Part shown: positions 62,177 to 64,000 of the stretch, piece by piece
Layout: each line of letters begins with the position of its first letter
How positions within the stretch are numbered: the first letter of the stretch is position 1
Origin: Azolla caroliniana
Lineage: Eukaryota; Plantae; Polypodiophyta
DNA: 64,000 nucleotides
Direction of reading: 5' to 3'
NCBI GenBank assembly: GCA_043228905.1
Contig: JBHGNT010000009.1
Span: forward strand, 17,794,001-17,858,000
Made by a program: the position numbers and the translations under genes
The notes under the pieces: generated by a model
Seen by the model: only the letters and a program-made list of their open reading frames with translations
The model's database searches: none
Told to the model about the DNA's origin: nothing

Positions 62177-64000
62177 ATGAGGGGGTCGGATCTTGCAGAG
62201 GCCATGGCTTCGGCCATGGACCGGATAGTGAGCGCGCGCGAGGGCACCGGCGCCCTTGATAGGGCTATTGAGGCGATCGTCGGTATGATCGGCCGGTTCA
62301 GTGGAAAGGATGCCACGAGTTATTTCGCGTCCTATCGAGCAGAGATGTTGATGAGGGACATTCCCGAAGAGAGGCGTCTTGCCGGATTCCCTCGAGTGGC
62401 GATGTCGGGCATCCATGCGGAGGTGCTCGAGGTCTGGGCGGAGAGCCGGACCTGGGAGGAGTTCGAAGGACGGCTCCTGGAGAAATACGGGCTGGATGAC
62501 GCACTTCGACATTCGAAGCGGGGCTTCATGGAGTGGGTGGAGTCCCCCAACAAAGGAAGAAATGCATCGGTACTCCTCCGAGAGTTTGAGGAACGCTTTG
62601 CGCGCCTTTCGGCGCTCGATCGGACCGTTCTGGACACAAGTTGTGTCCTACTGTTTGTCAAATCGGTTGACGCACGGGATCGGGAGCAAGTGGGCTCCTT
62701 ACTGGAAACCGAAGACGGGCTGACGCCCGACTAGGCCACGGTAAAAAGATTCTGCGGCCGTTTTGACAAACGGTGGGAGTGGGCTGATACAGGGGCGACC
62801 GGGGTGGGTCTTGTCGCAGCAAGGAAGCTCGAACCGATACCGCAGGCGCGAAGGGAAGAGACTCGGGAGTGGCTCGAAACCGGTTTAGCTTCGACCGGCA
62901 TGGTCAGAGGCTCGTCCGGGGGAACGGCTTTGGAGGAGTTGACACGGGCGGTAAAGGATCTCCAGATCGCCCAGGCTCGGAGGGAAGGCGGCGAACAGGC
63001 TCGTGACCGACGGCCTCCGGCAGGAAATAGGTGCATGTGGTGCGACGACGTCGGCCACATCCGGAAAGACTGAGGGGACTTTGCGGAGGCTTTGAGAAGC
63101 CGGGTGGTGTACCTGTGGGAAGGTCGGGTGCACGCCAGCGATACCTAGAGGGCCCTGAACCGAAACGACAGGCGAGGAGGAATGAAAAGGTTGATGGAAG
63201 AGGCGGCGGCCCGGCACACGGAGACCGTCCACTACTCGGCGTCAGCCGGTATTCGGGTCGGAGGCAGCGAGGCCCGGAGGGAGAGCAAAGCCGGGTTCTG
63301 GCCGACGATGCTGGAAGGCCTCGCTGGTGCCCGACTAAGGAAAGACGAGGCAGATCGCGCGGAGAAGCGAGTCCAGGAGGTAACCGAGTGGAGTGACCCG
63401 GTCGAAGAAAAGACGGGTTTCGGAAGCAGCTTGCCAGAACTACGAGGCTCTAGTTGAAGACAAACGGGTAGGTAAAACCGAAGGGGCCGGACCCTCACAG
63501 AGATACAAAACCCGATTCGGACCGAAACGGAACGAGGCCGGTGAGACCAATGCCCGGGATATCCACAAAAAGGGCGGATACCGGTTGGGCACAGAGATCG
63601 AAAGGACCACGGACCTACGAAAGGTCCTGGAAGAACGAATCCTCGATAGCAAGGTGGAACTATCGTTGCCGGAGGTGCTCGGAATCGCCAAGAAGGAGTT
63701 CCACAACTCCATCGTAGACTTGGTGAAGAGGAAGAGGCTGTCGACGGAAGCAGAACCAGAAAGGCCGGTGGAGGTGCGGACGACGCACATAGAGGACATG
63801 GCGCTGGAAGACGAGTGGGCGGAGAGCCACTATTCGAGGCCGCACTGGGCCCGAGCGACCACGGAAACCCCGGTGAAGATCGGAGATGTTCAGGAACCGG
63901 TGGTGGCGCTGGTGGACCACGGTTCGAAAATAAACCTGATGTCCATGGACTTCTACAAGAAGGGGAAATGGCCAGTCAACACCAAGCACGGGTGGAATAT
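62177..64000 (+). pseudogene. Gag-protease pseudogene
   Basis: ORF pieces 62150-62734, 62804-63073 and 63182-63457 separated by stops. Confidence 0.85.

Larger units (their letters stand above)
61483..64000 (+). mobile_element. Decayed Ty3/gypsy-type LTR retrotransposon, Trp-primed, cut by the window end
   Basis: LTR 61483-62132, PBS TGGTGAACCCGACGTGAA 62137-62154, gag with CMWCDDVGHIRKD* knuckle, protease motif ALVDHGSKINLM near 63906. Confidence 0.9.

Overview
Eukaryotic, plant-type heterochromatic DNA, most likely a moss or other non-seed plant (inferred from the tRNA body and element types). No intact host protein-coding gene is visible. The main feature is a head-to-tail + strand array of about 85 tRNA-Gly genes and pseudogenes (~3950-46270; ~37 GCC-type and ~48 CCC-type by manual count). 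Its basic unit is a ~730-bp GCC+CCC pair, with a 923-bp GCC+CCC+CCC unit in the homogeneous core and degenerate units at both edges. LTR retrotransposons interrupt and flank the array: four decayed Ty1/copia elements (plus a duplicated 5' end of one), a near-intact chromodomain Ty3/gypsy element, and three members of a gypsy-type group with TGTCRT..ACGACA ends (a solo LTR, a gag-only non-autonomous element, and a decayed element cut by the window end; the latter two have a tRNA-Trp PBS). Most notable: (1) a copia element splits a tRNA-Gly gene with no loss of tRNA sequence, and its LTR tandem repeats resemble that tRNA's anticodon arm; (2) two distinct gypsy-type LTRs carry an antisense tRNA-like Pol III A-box/B-box module with identical 32-nt spacing; (3) the CCC isoacceptor appears to derive from the GCC gene by anticodon switch; (4) a class III peroxidase fragment sits inside a copia integrase; (5) a fold-back derivative of the chromovirus LTR. 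All coordinates were read by eye and may be off by a few bases.
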